From Octopus vulgaris (Eukaryota), in NCBI GenBank assembly GCA_951406725.2, contig OX597826.1:24366001-24430000 (forward strand): a stretch of DNA of 64,000 nt, given 5' to 3'. The translations under genes and the position numbers were made by a program. Shown piece by piece: positions 37,559 through 51,569 of this stretch (position 1 is its first letter; each line of letters starts with the position of its first letter). Below the pieces are notes generated by a model. That model searched no databases. It saw only the letters and a program-made list of their open reading frames with translations, and was not told where the DNA came from.

Positions 37559-39876
37559 GTAAAAAGATATTTTCTACTCTTATTTCTCAGTAGAACTGCA
37601 ATTAATTACTATTATTTTATTTATTTATTTTTTTTTTAGAACCTTCAACAATTTAGTAATATCTTCTTAATTTTGGGCAATGCCATGTAGAAAGCACCCG
37701 AGCTGGTGCCACATACAAACACCCAGTAATTGGTATTTGGATGGGCATCTAGCCACAGAAACCTTGCCAAAACACAATTGGAGTCTGTCAAACCACTTAA
37801 CCCATGTCAACATGGAAAACGGCCATTAGATGATGATGGTGATCATTAGTCATTTCCTCTCCCCTACCCCACTGCGAACTCTTGTAGCATTGGTTACCAA
37901 CTCAAGTTCACCCAGTTTCTACAGTTGTCACCTACTCTTCCCTCAACATTCGTTCTGCATTATATTCAACCACCCCTCACTTTCCCATACAAGCTTTACT
38001 CACCTTCACTCCCTGTCCCCATTCACCTGGTATCCAGTTGCCCTACCCTGACACTTCATCACCACTATATTTTATCTCTTTCCAGTTCTACACTAGTCAC
38101 TCCCACCTTCTCTTCTATAACATGAGTAGCTGTGTACAGTCCTCTACGGCAAGAAACCTGGTCTCTCCTGGCCCTTTCACTCTCACTTAAACCTTTTATC
38201 CCCCAGCATAAAACCACCTCTTTCTCTACTGCAGACCCACTCACCCAAAGAGGATCTTAGTTTTAAAGGCTACATGGTAACCTCACTAGTGCTTGTGCCA
38301 CAACAATGCGCCCACTACAGTAAAGTGGTTGCTGCTAGGAAGGGCATCCAGTCTTAGAAACCATATCCAGCCCATACTAGCATGGGGCACGAATATTAAA
38401 TGACAATGATGATAGTAGTGGTGATGGGTTATGGCTTGGAGAAAGAAGGCCAGTGGTTCAGGACTTCCAAAATATTTAAAGAAAGGTTAAGAAGATACTA
38501 TAACAAATGAATTGCTAGAGATGGTGGCTGAACATCAGGATAATATGTTTTGTCCAGGTGGGAGACTCAGTCAGAAATGGTCCAGAGACTTGTCTATCCT
38601 CGCTTATCTGTCTTCACCCTAACAAAGTTTAGATTCAGTTTGATTGAGGCTACCGAGACGACAGAGTAGGTTTTTAGGGTGTGGTCCAGTTGTGTTCTAG
38701 AAGGATGGTGCGTTACTTGTGGGGAAGACTTGTACAAAATTTTGGTACATGATTTGAAGTGTGTGAAGCAGTAGATGAGTGATGATTGAAGGGGAGGAGG
38801 CTTTTGTGGAGTGAGTATAGGTCATGTATGTATATGGCTGTGTGTCTAAGAAATTCACTTTGCAACCAAGTGATACAGGGTTCAGTCCCATTGCATGGTG
38901 CCTTGGACAAGTGTTTTGATTTTTTTTTTATTGTAGCTCTGGACCAACCAATGCCTTGTGAGCAAACACAGTTGACAAGAAATTGTGTGGAAATTTGGCA
39001 TTTGTGTATATGTGTGTTTTTGTATTTGTGTTTATCCTACATACGCATTGCTTGGCAACCATTGTTGGTTTACTTACATCCCCATAACTTAGTGGCTCAG
39101 CAAAAGGGACCAATGGAATAAGTACCAGACTTAGAAAAGAAAAAGAAACAGGTCCTGGGGTCGGTTTGTTTGACTAAAACCCTTCAAGGTGGTGCCCCAG
39201 TATGGCCACAGTCCACTGACTGAAACAAATAAAAGAAACAATGAAAGCTATCAATATTGATATGTGTATGTGTGTGTATATATATTGACTGTGTGATAAG
39301 AAGCTTGCTTCCCAACCACATGGTTTTGAGTTCGGTCCTTGTGAGTGGATTTGGTTGATGGAAACTGAAAGAAGCCCATAGTATCTATATATGTGTGTGT
39401 GTTAGGGCGGCAAGCTGGCAGAAACATTAGCACACTGGATGAAATGCCCAGTGATATTTCGTCTGCCATTACGTTCTGATTTCAAACTCCACTGAGGTCG
39501 ACTTTGCCTTTCATCCTTTCAGGGTCAATTAAATAAGTACCAGTTATGAACTGGGGTCAATGTAATCAACTTAATCCCTTTGTCTGTCCTTGTTTCTCCG
39601 CTCTATGTTTAGCCCCCTGTGGGCAATAAAGAAATGTGTGTGTGTATGTGTATGTATATCTCTGTGTTTGTCTTTGTGTTGTTCCCCCATCACCACTTGA
39701 CAACCAGTGTCCCTGTAACTTAGTGGTTTGGCAAAAGAGACCAATAGAATAAGTACTAGGCTTTAAAAAAAATAATTCTGGGGATGATTTGTTTGACTAA
39801 GACTTTTCAAGGCAGTGCTCCTGCATGGCCACTGTCTAATGACCAAAACAAGTAGAAGAATAAAAAAAAATATTGA

Positions 39877-39953
<77 letters not shown>

Positions 39954-40479
39954 GAGAGAGAGAGAGATAATTAAGAATTAATGTGTATTAGGTTAGGTCA
40001 ACTGAGTGTATCTTAATTAAGACATAATTGCTTGAAGTTAATAAACTTCACAAAGCAACAGTTTGTAATCAATAACAGCCACAGAGGAGGAAATTTCCTC
40101 TTAATAATTATAGGAATCTGATTGCCATTTTTTGTCTTTTATTACATTGATAAGCATTGATAAGAATACCAGTCAGTCATCTGATGCCTATTCTTATTTC
40201 TCCCCGCAAATATATATATATATATGGCCGATGAATGATAACATTAATTGTAGCTATAGTGGTGAACTAGGCAAAATTTGTTGTGGCTTGGGTGATAACA
40301 TGGCGAGAAGTAGACAGACAGTCTTATCAAACTAGACATATGGCTCACTGGAGATCTTAACAATCTCTTGAAAATGGTTGTATTATTATTAGTATTATCA
40401 TCATCATCATGATTGTTGTTGTTATTGTTATTTTAATTTTTATTATTTTCATTATTATGATCATCATCATGGTGTAATG

Positions 40480-41555
40480 CAGCGAGCTGGCTGGATCGTT
40501 AGGACGCCAGACAAAATGCCTTGTGGCATTTCATCCATCTTAACATTCTGGGTTCAGATTCCGCCGAGGTCGACTTTGCCTTTCATCCTTTTCGGGGTCA
40601 ATAAGTTAAGTACCGGCTGAGTACTAAGGTTGATGTGATCAACTGTTCCCTTCCACATAAAATCCAGGCCTTGTGCCTGTAATAGAAAGGATTAAAAAAA
40701 AAAAATTTATTATTATTATTATTATGTAAGATGGCAATCTGGCAGAACTGTTAGCTCCCCCCCCCCTACATATCAAAATGCTTAGCAACATTTTATCCAT
40801 CTTTGTATTCTGAGCTCAAATTCCACCCAGGTCAACTTTGCCTTTCGTCCTTTCGGGGGCGATGAAATGAGTATCAGTTGAACACTAGGGTGAAGGTAAT
40901 TGACGAGTTCACCCTGGGGTTGATGTAATTAACTGGCCTCCCTCTCACCCAAATTTCAGGCCTTATGTCAATAGAAGAAAGGATTATTATTATTATTATT
41001 ATTATTATTCCACAGTTGACTTTGCCTTTCATCCTTTTAGGGTTGATAAATTGAGTACCAGTCAAGTACTGGGGTCGAGTCGATATAATAAACTATCCCC
41101 CTCCCTTCAATTTCAGGCCTTGTGCCTATAGTAGAAAGGATTATTATTATTATTATTCATCTCACGATGATGATGATTATTATAGGCGGCAAGCTGGCAG
41201 AATCATTAGCATATTCTGAGATATGTTCTGGGTTCAAATTCTACCAAGGTCAACTTTGCCTTTCATCCTTTCAAGATGAAAAATTAGGTACCAGTTATGC
41301 ACTGGGTTTGATGTAATTGTGGAAAAGATTATTATTATTAATAATATTTAAGGTGGTGAGATTGCAGAATCGTTAGCACACCAGGCAAAATGCTTGGTGA
41401 TATTTCATCTTTATGTTCTGAGTTCAAGTTCCGCCAAGGCTGACTTAGCTTTTCATCGTTTAGGGGTTAATAAAACAAGTACCGGTTGGGTACTGGGGCC
41501 GATATTATCGACTTACCCTCCTCTTCCACAATTGCTGGCCCTGTGCCAAAATTAT
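40480..41555 (+). mobile_element. Tandem array (about 5 full/partial copies) of SINE group C directly upstream of a GEMIN5 exon
   Basis: Same motifs, with (ATT)n spacers. Confidence 0.82.
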
Positions 41556-41617
41556 TTGTAACCATAGTTGTATAGTGTTGTCGCTTCATTGCTTATTCTT
41601 TATGTTTCTTCTTGCAG

Positions 41618-41780
41618 CTTTTGATGCAGAACTGCATGGATTTGACTTTGTGCATGCTGTCTCTTCTGCAAGGTGAGACAACAGCAGCGATTAAACATTT
41701 GCTGCAAGCAATGGTTAACCTCCATGATGCTAGTCAGTACCAATTGCTGCAAATCATTTCTCAGCTGTGCCTTCCTCAAG
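41618..41780 (+). CDS. GEMIN5: GEMIN5 exon (163 nt)
   Basis: cttgcag| acceptor and aag|gtgagc donor. LLMQNCMDLTLCMLSLLQG..LCLPQG resembles recalled Gemin5 C-terminal helical region (..DLTLAVLS..FLPDG). Confidence 0.9.
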
Positions 41781-42769
41781 GTGAGCAAACAGTTTCTCTC
41801 TCTCTATCCATCTTTCTCACAACACTTTCTGTTCTTGAGCTAGCCTCAAGCACAGCACAGAATAATCCTGTTTAACTCTTTAGCCGGAAGTTGTTGTTGA
41901 CAAACAACAGCAGTAATTTTATTCAGCTGAATACAGGTCACTGATTGGTTAAAATTACAAAAATACGACAACTTTAACACGAAATAATTTTGAAAATACA
42001 AACTTTTCTCAACAACACTAAAAGTCAAAGATGTTTTATATGACACATTCTACCAGCGACCGAACTTTGAAAGTGTTTAGTTACAAAAAATTAATTTCTC
42101 GATCTGCCATTCAAAGGGAAAAGATCCCAAGTTTGTTCTGATCTTTAAATGGAAACCCTCCAGAATGTTCAATGCAGATGTCATAAACTAAATGATCAAC
42201 TAAATTCTAAATGTGTATCTGTCACTATTTACTGTTCATCTATTGGCAAATATAGTTACTAGTGTATATGTCACTCTGTTTTTATATCTGATTTAACCAT
42301 TGAGCATTCAGATTATTCTGTCAAATGCATTGCTTATTTATTCACAGTTGTTTTGAATTTATTGTACATTATCTTGTTGCTTTGAGAGTTCAATGATGTG
42401 ATTGGGCATGTAGCTAAGAAGTTTGTTTCCCAACCACGTGGTTATGTGTTCCAACTACATGGTTATGCGTTCAGCCCCAAGCTGATCAAATCCATCACTG
42501 CTGATACAGAAAAACAGTGATTAAAAAGTCACTGGTGATGTAATTAACCACATGTCTGAATAACAATCCCTTATGTGCAACAGAAACTATATTAGATTTA
42601 TAGTGTATTGGATTAAAATCTCTCTGCATTGAGTATGATGTGCAGATAACTATTTTCATCTAATACTTATGTTGAGAAAAGTTGTTATTTTGACTCCAGT
42701 TTAGTAAAAGCTTTCTTTGTCTGTTTCTTTCTTTCACTCCCATTTTTTTTTTTCTTTTATTCTTTCCAG

Positions 42770-43989
42770 GTCCGAAATACCTGTTAAAACTACAACAAGA
42801 AGTGACCGCTGTTAGAGTATTGATAACAATTGACAAAAGTGGTGATGACCTATCAAAGCTGGACACAACTCTTAAGATGAACACTACCAAGCGATACCTC
42901 TCCGATCTGAAAGATGACAATCAGGTGTTCAATTCCAGTCTCCGCTGCCGAGAATTAGATTGCGTACGAGCCTATTACTACATTGGTGTGCTTCGCTATC
43001 TCTTCGACAGACAGCAGAGCCTGGAATCTAAAACCATTCCATCACAACAGTCAGCAGTGTCAAAGATGGTCCACACCCAGTCTCGGACGGATGAAGATAA
43101 CAATCCTTACACACTGTTCCAGCCGCTGCACGAGCTTGAAAGCATGAACCAAACGCAAGATAACAGTCCGGTCGAGAAGACCAACAACAACAACAGCAGT
43201 GGCAGCAACAACAACAACAACATTGCTGATAGTCACAGCGATGGCATCAACACAAATCAGAATAACAACAAACAGACCTCTAACAACCAGGAGTGTTGTT
43301 ATGATAATAGGGCAAGAACAGACTTCAAACTAACTTTCCATAAATTTAGATACTTATCCAAGTGTCTGTTGTGGGACATACAGGGCAAACGATTTGCTTT
43401 GACCGAGAAATTAGGTTACATTCACAGAGCAATATCTCAGTTACTTCTTGAACAGAAACCCAAAAATGATAAAACTGACAGTGGAACAATCTTATGTGAG
43501 AAGAATGGAAAAAGTAATTCTAACAATGAAAATTTTCAAAAAACTGAAGACATACCTTCCCAGGAAAACGTGCGTCTTCAGACCCCTGATCTCATCCCTA
43601 CTGGGCACGAGACCTCTATTCCCAGTCCCTTACAGAGTGGAGCGAGTAGTCCCACAGAAATTAAAGAGCTGCCCCTCCCCATTAACGAGATATTAGTTGA
43701 CGAGCCGTCAGCCCATGTGCCGAATGTAAGCCATTGCTTGTCTCCTTGTCAGGAAGATGAACCTTACAAGGCTGTAACAAAGCCACGGAAAGTTCTGTGG
43801 AAAGACGAGCTCCCGGCTAGCAATCATTTGTGTCCCCTTCACAGGAAGTATGTCAATGTTCCCGATGTTTGGTATGACTATACAGTAGATGAAAAATACA
43901 CAAAGCCATACGTTACCATGGCAATTCTACAAGACGAACAGGAGTTAGTGATGTCAGAACTGAAGCAAGGTCCAGAAAACCCTACACAG
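42770..43989 (+). CDS. GEMIN5: GEMIN5 large exon (1220 nt), largely low-complexity/disordered
   Basis: Long pyrimidine tract ..ttccag| and cag|gtagga donor; phase 1-0; covers the 411-aa ORF 42802..44037 up to the donor. Confidence 0.85.
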
Positions 43990-44252
43990 GTAGGAAACAA
44001 AAGAACACTAATTGTTTATTGCTTAGGTGTTGTTTAACTTCCTGACTTCTTTTCCAGCAGCATGCATCCAATGCCCACATTATTCAGTTTGTCTTTCCCC
44101 TTTTAAGACCGAAGGGTACAATTAGTGAAAGATTTGGTTGCTATTTCTAGCAGTTCTAGTGACCAGAAAGAGCCTCCTTTATTCTCTTGTCTTGCTCACA
44201 TTTTCCAAATAGATATACAGAACATCTCTAGTCCACTAGTCGATAATATGTA

Positions 44253-44740
44253 TTAGGTTGTCCAGAAAGTTCGTGCCAACTTTTAGATGCGTCTCCATCT
44301 TTAACTTGAAAATACCCTCTTCCCAGAATTGAGGTGGTTTCATTGCAAAGAATTCATCCAGGTATCTTTTTATGTCATCCAAAGAATTGAAATTTTTACC
44401 ATTAAGACTATTCTGCAGAGACCTGAATAAGTGGAAATCCAAAGGAGCAATATCTGGTGAATATGGAGGGTGGGGTAACACATCCCAGCCGAGCTGCAGC
44501 AATTTTTGTCTGGTTCCCAAAGTATCAAGTACCGAAAATGAACTTTCTTATCTTCCATTTAAAAGGGTTACAGAATTAACACAGGTTATAGGAACATAAA
44601 CCTTCTTCCACAAAAAGATAGCTTAAACTGTGCTCTAAATGTGGGTGTAGTCAAATCCAACTTTATGGACTCAAACATGTTCTAAAATAAGTCGAAAGGT
44701 AAGCTACTATAAATCAGCATGAACTTTCCGGACAACCCAA
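44253..44740 (-). mobile_element. Internally deleted mariner element
   Basis: About 30-bp TIRs (ttaggttgtccagaaagttcgtgc / gcatgaactttccggacaacccaa) with TA flanks. HPPYSPDIAPLDFHLFRSLQN motif is joined directly to the N-terminal MEDKKVHFR. Confidence 0.93.
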
Positions 44741-47700
44741 TATATTAATGTTTTGTTTTTTATCAAACATATATGTTTGATAAAGAAACGTTTGATAAAA
44801 ACGTTTTAACCACACTGCCATGCCTGCACCTATCTGATGAAAATTACACCCCAAACATTTTAACAGGAGTGATAGGATAATTTATGCTTGTCGGAAGGAG
44901 TATGTGGTCCAGACTGGCCCCGCTCTACCTGTCATCATCATTATCATTTAATGTCTGTTTTCCATGCTGGCATGGGTTGGATGAGTTGATAGAGAACTAC
45001 ACCAAGCTGCATGTGTTTTCTTTGCTGCTGGTATGTGACCATTTATGCTGAGTACCATCCAGATGCTACTACTATACACCAAAGTACTCATTCTAGAATT
45101 CAAAAAGTAATTATTTATCATATTTACTCATGTGTAAATCACACCCCTAAATTAACATTAAATCTTAGTAGAAAATTTTTTCCCTGTCATAACTTTAGCT
45201 TTGCTCCCTGTATAAATCACACCCCCAGTTTTTGCAGTTAAACAAATAAATATGCTATATATATATATATATATATATACTCTTTTACTTGTTTCAGTCA
45301 TTTGACTGCGGCCATACTGGAGCACCGCCTTTAGTCGAGCAAATCGACCCCGAGACTTATTCTTTGTAAGCCCAGTACTTATTCTATCGCTCTCTTTTGC
45401 CGAACCGCTAAGTGATGGGGACGTAAACACACCAGTATCGGTTGTCAAGCAATGCTAGGGGGGGACGAAGACAGACACACAAACATATACACACACATAC
45501 ATATATATATATATACATATATACAACAGGCTTCTTTCAGTTTCCGTCTACCAAATCCACTCACAAGACATTGGTCGGCCCGGGGCTATAGCAGAAGACA
45601 CTTGCCCAAGATCCCACACAGTGGGACTGAACCCGGAACCATGTGGTTGGTAAGCAAGCTACTTACCACACAGCCACTCCTGCACCTATATATATATATA
45701 TTTGATTAATGAGACATGGAAGATATGACACTTTTTATTAATCACTGCAATAAATAATTGGGGTGGCTGGATCTACCCCAATGCCATAGCAACTGAGGTA
45801 GGCAGGTGCAGCCCACCCCAACCATTGGGCTGACTGGCTGGTGCCCATTCCCCTTTGCTATCATGAGGCTTTTTTGGAGCTGGATTTTCTATGAGGAGCA
45901 TGCCCTTGCTTACTCGCAACCTCAGTTTCTAGGCATGAGTGGTCCCTCTACCATGATTTTTAAGAAATGTGATGGAAAACTAGCTCAGGAACAACAGGGA
46001 CGCTACTCTCTGAGACCCCCCCACCTAACACTATATTTATTTGTGTACAAGTCACACCTTTAATTTAATATTAAAATCTAGGTGCAAAATTTTTTTCCTT
46101 TCATAGGTTTAGCTTTGCTCAGTATACAAGTCACATCCCGGTTACATTTTTCTTTTTTTTTTTTTTTACCCTGTAAAAAGTCAAGTATGCAATAGTGCAA
46201 CGTAATCAACTTATACACAGACTAAAAAATGGTAATTCCATTATTGACTGAACAACTGGAATGCTTATTAAGGAAATCAAAGAAACTTAGCAGAGGATCT
46301 ATGCACTCTTATACACACACATATATGTGTGTTAGTCTTTCAAGCACTCGTTACCCCATCACCCAGAAATATAAATGCTGTCAAACCCCTCCCCCCTACC
46401 CTTTCCATGACCTCCAAACCCAGTGACCCTTCAAAATAGTTGTTAGGTGTCAGTTCTATCTAGAGGAGCCCTATCAAGTTCCATAAGATAGTTATCCAAT
46501 CTGCTAATCTTCATTCCCACTTCACATCTGCCCCCCTCCTCCACTTTACCCCCTTCTCTCTCTTTTAATCTCTCTCTCTCCTAAACATACACTAAATGTT
46601 TCTCCCCTATTATCTTATTATCTATTGACTGACAGAAGTAAGAGGCACCTTTCTCCTGTTCTACTTGTACACCCCCACTGCCTCCCCCAATCTGGTGGCA
46701 GTGGTGGTTATAGTGATGGGAGGGGGTTAGTTATGTTGTTGTTGGCAAGGAGGGTGGCGGTGGCACTTATAGTAATGTGGTTATGATGGTGGTGATGGTA
46801 GTAGTGAGAGGAGTGGAATAATGTTCCTCCACCGCATAAAGCTGCATGGTGGTATACCAAGCTTCAGTGGTTTGGTTTGCAGTGTTAACTTGAAGAAAGT
46901 AGTTCTTGTCAAAGAATTTTCTGCTGGAACTTGGAATGTTAAAACATTGCTTCTTATGAAACATGTAAAACACCACCACCACAACCCCACCCCACATCGT
47001 TGGGTGGAGGAGTCTGTGTCTCTTTTCTCATACTCCCCTTGCTCATTCTTTTGCTTACTTTTTTCCTCCTATCTATTTCAGTCATTAGACTGTGTCCATG
47101 CTGAGGCACCTCCTTCAAGAATTTTAGTCAAATCAATCCCCAGGACTTATTCTTTTAAAGCCTGGTACTTATTCTCTCAGTCTCATTTGCCAAACCACTA
47201 AGTTACAGGGATGTAAACACACACGTGTGTGTGGTGGATTTCTTTCAGTCTCGGTCTACCAAATCCACTCCCAAGACTTTGGTCAGCCTAAGGCTATAGT
47301 AGAAAACACTTGCTGAAGGTGCCACACAGTGGGACTGAACCTGGAACCATATGGTTCAGAAACAAACTTCTTACTACATTGCCTTCTCTTTCATCATCAT
47401 CGTTTAATGTCCATTTTCCATGCCATCATGGGTTGGACGGTTTGACTGAGGTCTGGAAAGCCAGTGGCTGCACCAGGTTCCAATCTGATCTGGCAATGTT
47501 TCTACAGCTGGATGCCTTTCCTAATGCCAACCACTCCGAGAGTGTAGTGGGTGCTTCTTACATGCCACCGGCACAGGAGCCAGTCAGGTGGCCCTGGCAT
47601 CAATCACATTCGAATAGTGCTTTTTACATGTCACCGGCGCAGGAGCCAGTCAGGCATTGACCACGTTTGGATGGTGCCTTTTACATTCCACCAGCATGGG

Positions 47701-50413
47701 AACCAGTAAGGGGGCACTAGCATCGACTACATTCGGTTGGTATATTTTACATGCCACTGGCGCAGGAGCCCATCAGGGCACTGTCCACAGCTATGATTTT
47801 CGGATATCAAATAAGTCAACATTGAATCAGTGACACCAAAAAAGCTGTGCCAAAATCTTTTATACTCCTCTGCTCCACAAACTTGTCTCGGCTTTTGAAA
47901 TTTTTTTACTATTTCAACTACTAGTACTAGAAGCTTCCTGTCATGTGTGTGTATGTGTCACCATTGTGCAATGTGTGTGTCTGTATCTATGTTTGTCCCT
48001 CATCACTGTGCAATATGTGGATGTGTGTGTGTCTATGTTTGTACCTCACCACTGTGCAATAACTGATGTTCGTTTGTTTATGGCCCTGTAACTTAGTACA
48101 TATACATATACCCAGGCCTATTCCTCTTTTTTTTTTTAAGGAGGGAATAGCCACAAGACACACACCAGGCATTCCATTCATTTCCCAGCTCAAAGAGGCA
48201 AGCCCTGTCCTATGCTTCAGTGAAGGCATAAAACGCAGCCCACCCCAATATCAGCAGCAGGGCCCAACAGCATATGCTGGTTTACCCTGCCAGATTGTGC
48301 TGGTTCCGTACCCCTTTGAGCAACATCAAATTCACTCATCCATCCACAAACACTCTCCAAGCTTTCCTATCATTTATAAATTATCTTGCCTTTCTCGCTC
48401 CAATACCAGTCCTGAGTATGATTCCAAACTACATCCAGTAGTGGTACCCTGGGACTCTGGTTTCAGGGTTTGGGGAGCATGGAACCACCTCTCAGTCACT
48501 ATTTATTCCCAGGTCCACTCCATAAGGGTCCTAGCTATGTGTCAACTATCAAACCCCACTGTGACAAGGAGGTGGGGTAGTTGCCATATTCCCTGCATGG
48601 CGTAAGTGGCAACTAAAAGGGGCAGGAGTGAAGGAACTGGGAATCCACTCCTTCTGGTAATCTCATATTTCTAAAAAGACAACTGTAACTTAGTAGTTCC
48701 GCAAAAGAGATTAGTCCTGGGGTTTGATTTATTCAACTAAAAGCCTTCAAGGCAGTGCCCCAGCATGGTCACAGTCCAATCACTGAAAGAAGCAAACAAT
48801 AGGTTAAAGGCAGACGAAACACTATTCTAAACTATGTCAATATATGTTTGTGATGAAGAAACAGCTTTCAGAATGCAACTGGTGTGGGTGGTGAGATGAA
48901 AAGGGGGATCTGTAAGATGCCAGGTGAATGAAAATTAACCCTTTAGTGTGTAAACCAGCCATATGCAGGCAGAATATTCTACATGATTTATGTTCTAACT
49001 GACTAGGTCTGACTTCTCACACCTATCCTACAATGTCATTCTAGAAATAAACAGTCACAACTCAAAATCTCAAAGCTATGAGATAATGCATAATTGTGGC
49101 ACGTAAAAAGCACCACCTGTGCCGGTGGCACGTAAGTAGCACCCACTACACTCACAAAGTGGTTGCCGTTAGGAAGGGCATCCAGCCATAGAAACCCTGC
49201 CAGATCAGACTGGAACCTGGTGTAGCCTCCTGGCTTCCCAGACCCCGGTTGAACCGTCCAACCCGTGCTAGCACAGAAAATGGACGTTAAATGATGATGA
49301 TGAATGGGAATAACTTTTTAGCATTTAAACCAACCATTTCCAACCCAAACATACCATCTGTCTTATATTTAAACTTGCCAGGTTTGGCCTCGCACACCTA
49401 CCCTACATTGTCATTCTAAAAACAAATAATCATGCCATCGAAATCCCTAAGCTATGAAATAATGCATGGATTAATTCAAAACAATGTGAATGCACAAGCA
49501 TTGCATTTGGCAGATTAATCTGAATGCTAAAGGGTTAAGAGAGAAGGTTTTGAATTTGAACTGATGACATGTGTGTATGATGGCGACACTGGTTTGGTGA
49601 GAACTAGATTGGACACTGTTCCTCTCTCCAACCACCTACTCACCACCACACTGTATCCCCAATTCTATAACATTAAGCTATATCATGACCTTTCCATCCA
49701 TCATGACCTTTAAAACGCTCATGTGATTATGTCCTAGTTGTGTCACCATTGTTATATATTTTGACTACAGTTTAGCTAAATATTTATGACAGTGGTGGTG
49801 GCGGTGACAGTGGCAGCAGTAATCCTGATAATCTCTGGTGGTGATGGCAGCGGAGCAGTGATGGTCATTATGGTGTCTGTGGTTGTTATTGCTGCTGCTG
49901 CTGTAATCCTGATTCAGCACATTCTCTATGATCAGTGATGATCTGGCCAGAGAGCAACGTGTTCTCGTTTTAGTTAACCCTTTTATTATCAGGTGGTAAG
50001 AAGTTTGCTTCCCAACCACATGGTTCCGGGTTCAGTCCCAGTGTGTAGCATCTTAGGCAGGTGTCTTTTTGCTATAGCTCCAGGCTGACCAAAGCTTTAT
50101 GAATGGATTTGGCAAATGGAAACTGAAAGAAGTCTATCATATATATGTATCATAGTTTGTCCCTCACCACCACTTCACAGTTGGTATTGGTTTGTTTATA
50201 TCCCCATAACTTAGCAGTTTGAAAAAGACAGATCTTTAGAATAAATATGAGGCTTTAAAAGTAAGTACCGAGGTCAGTTTGTTCAACTAAACCCTTCAAG
50301 GTGGTGACCCAACATAGTCACAGTCCACTAACTGAAACCACTGAATTTTGAAAATAAAGAATTTTGTAGAATTACTTTATCCTCATTCTGCTGGTGTTTG
50401 AAATATAATTTAA

Positions 50414-50634
50414 CCCTTTTGTTACCAACATGGCTGAAACCGGTTCTGGCTCTGAGTACAAATGTCTTATTTTCATAAGTTTTGAATTAAAATCTTCCAC
50501 CAAACCTTAGTCACAATTTATATTCCTAACACTAGCTTAATGATAACTAAGCTATTTTACTAAATTCTTTGTTATATTTAAAATTAATTGAAATAAACAC
50601 AGAGCATCTCAACAGAAATATGGTAACAAAAGGG
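50414..50634. mobile_element. piggyBac-type MITE family 1, opposite orientation
   Basis: Perfect 14-bp TIR cccttttgttacca/tggtaacaaaaggg with TTAA on both sides. Confidence 0.88.
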
Positions 50635-51383
50635 TTAAAATATATATTAGAGAAGCAATTCTTAAACTAGTGTTAGGAACATAAATTGTGACTAGGGTTT
50701 GGTGGAGGATTTTAATTCAAAACTTATGAAAACAAGACATTTGTACTCAGAGCCAGAGCCGGTTGGTATCAAAAGGGTTAACCAAATGTATTCCAACCAG
50801 GCCCATTCTGACATTTATTCTCCAAACAGTGTACTTATCATTATTCAACTCTGCTCTATTTTTTTTAGGACAGTAACTTGTGATATGAGGGAGAAGTGAT
50901 TGCCATTTCTTGCAAGGTGAGCAACCATGCAGAGGCTCCTTTACCGGCTCATCAACACTTCAGTGTTTGAGGTTGTCTTGTTTTCCATGCTGGCATGGGT
51001 TGGATGGTTTGGCTAGAGTTGGCAAGCTGGAAAGCTGCACCAGGTTCCAGTCAACTGTTTTAACTTGGTTCCTATGGCTGAATGCCCTTCCTAATGCCAA
51101 CCACTCTAGAGAATGTAGTGGGTGCTTTTTTTACATGGTACCATCATACAGGACCACAAATATGTTTGCAGCCATATGACTTTGGAAACACTGGTTCTCA
51201 TTTGATAACTAAAGTTAAGCAACATCAAGATTCCATCCCTTCTCCCTCTCTCTAGTTCTTATTACCATTTTATTGCCTTCTTTCCACATTTAATTTTAAT
51301 GGGAAAAAAGCAACAACATTCACTGCGAAACTAACTTATTTATGGTAGCTGGTCTAACCAACCTCTCTATGCTTTCTTTGCAG

Positions 51384-51569
51384 ATTCTTTTCCCTCGTCC
51401 ACTGTCTTCTGCTCAACTATTATTGACAGTAATTTGGAACTGTGAAGACTTTGACCGCCTTGAGAAGACACAGCTCATTGATGAAACTGTTTCCTGGGCA
51501 CTAAAGTACTCGTTAACCAGTGCACAACAAAAGATCTTCCACAATTTAAAAGACCAAATGAAAATATGA
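51384..51569 (+). CDS. GEMIN5: GEMIN5 terminal coding exon
   Basis: ctttgcag| acceptor, phase 0. ILFPRPLSSAQLLL..WALKYS..KI*, resembling the recalled Gemin5 C-terminal FP..LLL..KY pattern; TGA ends at 51569. Confidence 0.85.
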   Translation: MLFPRPLSSAQLLLTVIWNCEDFDRLEKTQLIDETVSWALKYSLTSAQQKIFHNLKDQMKI

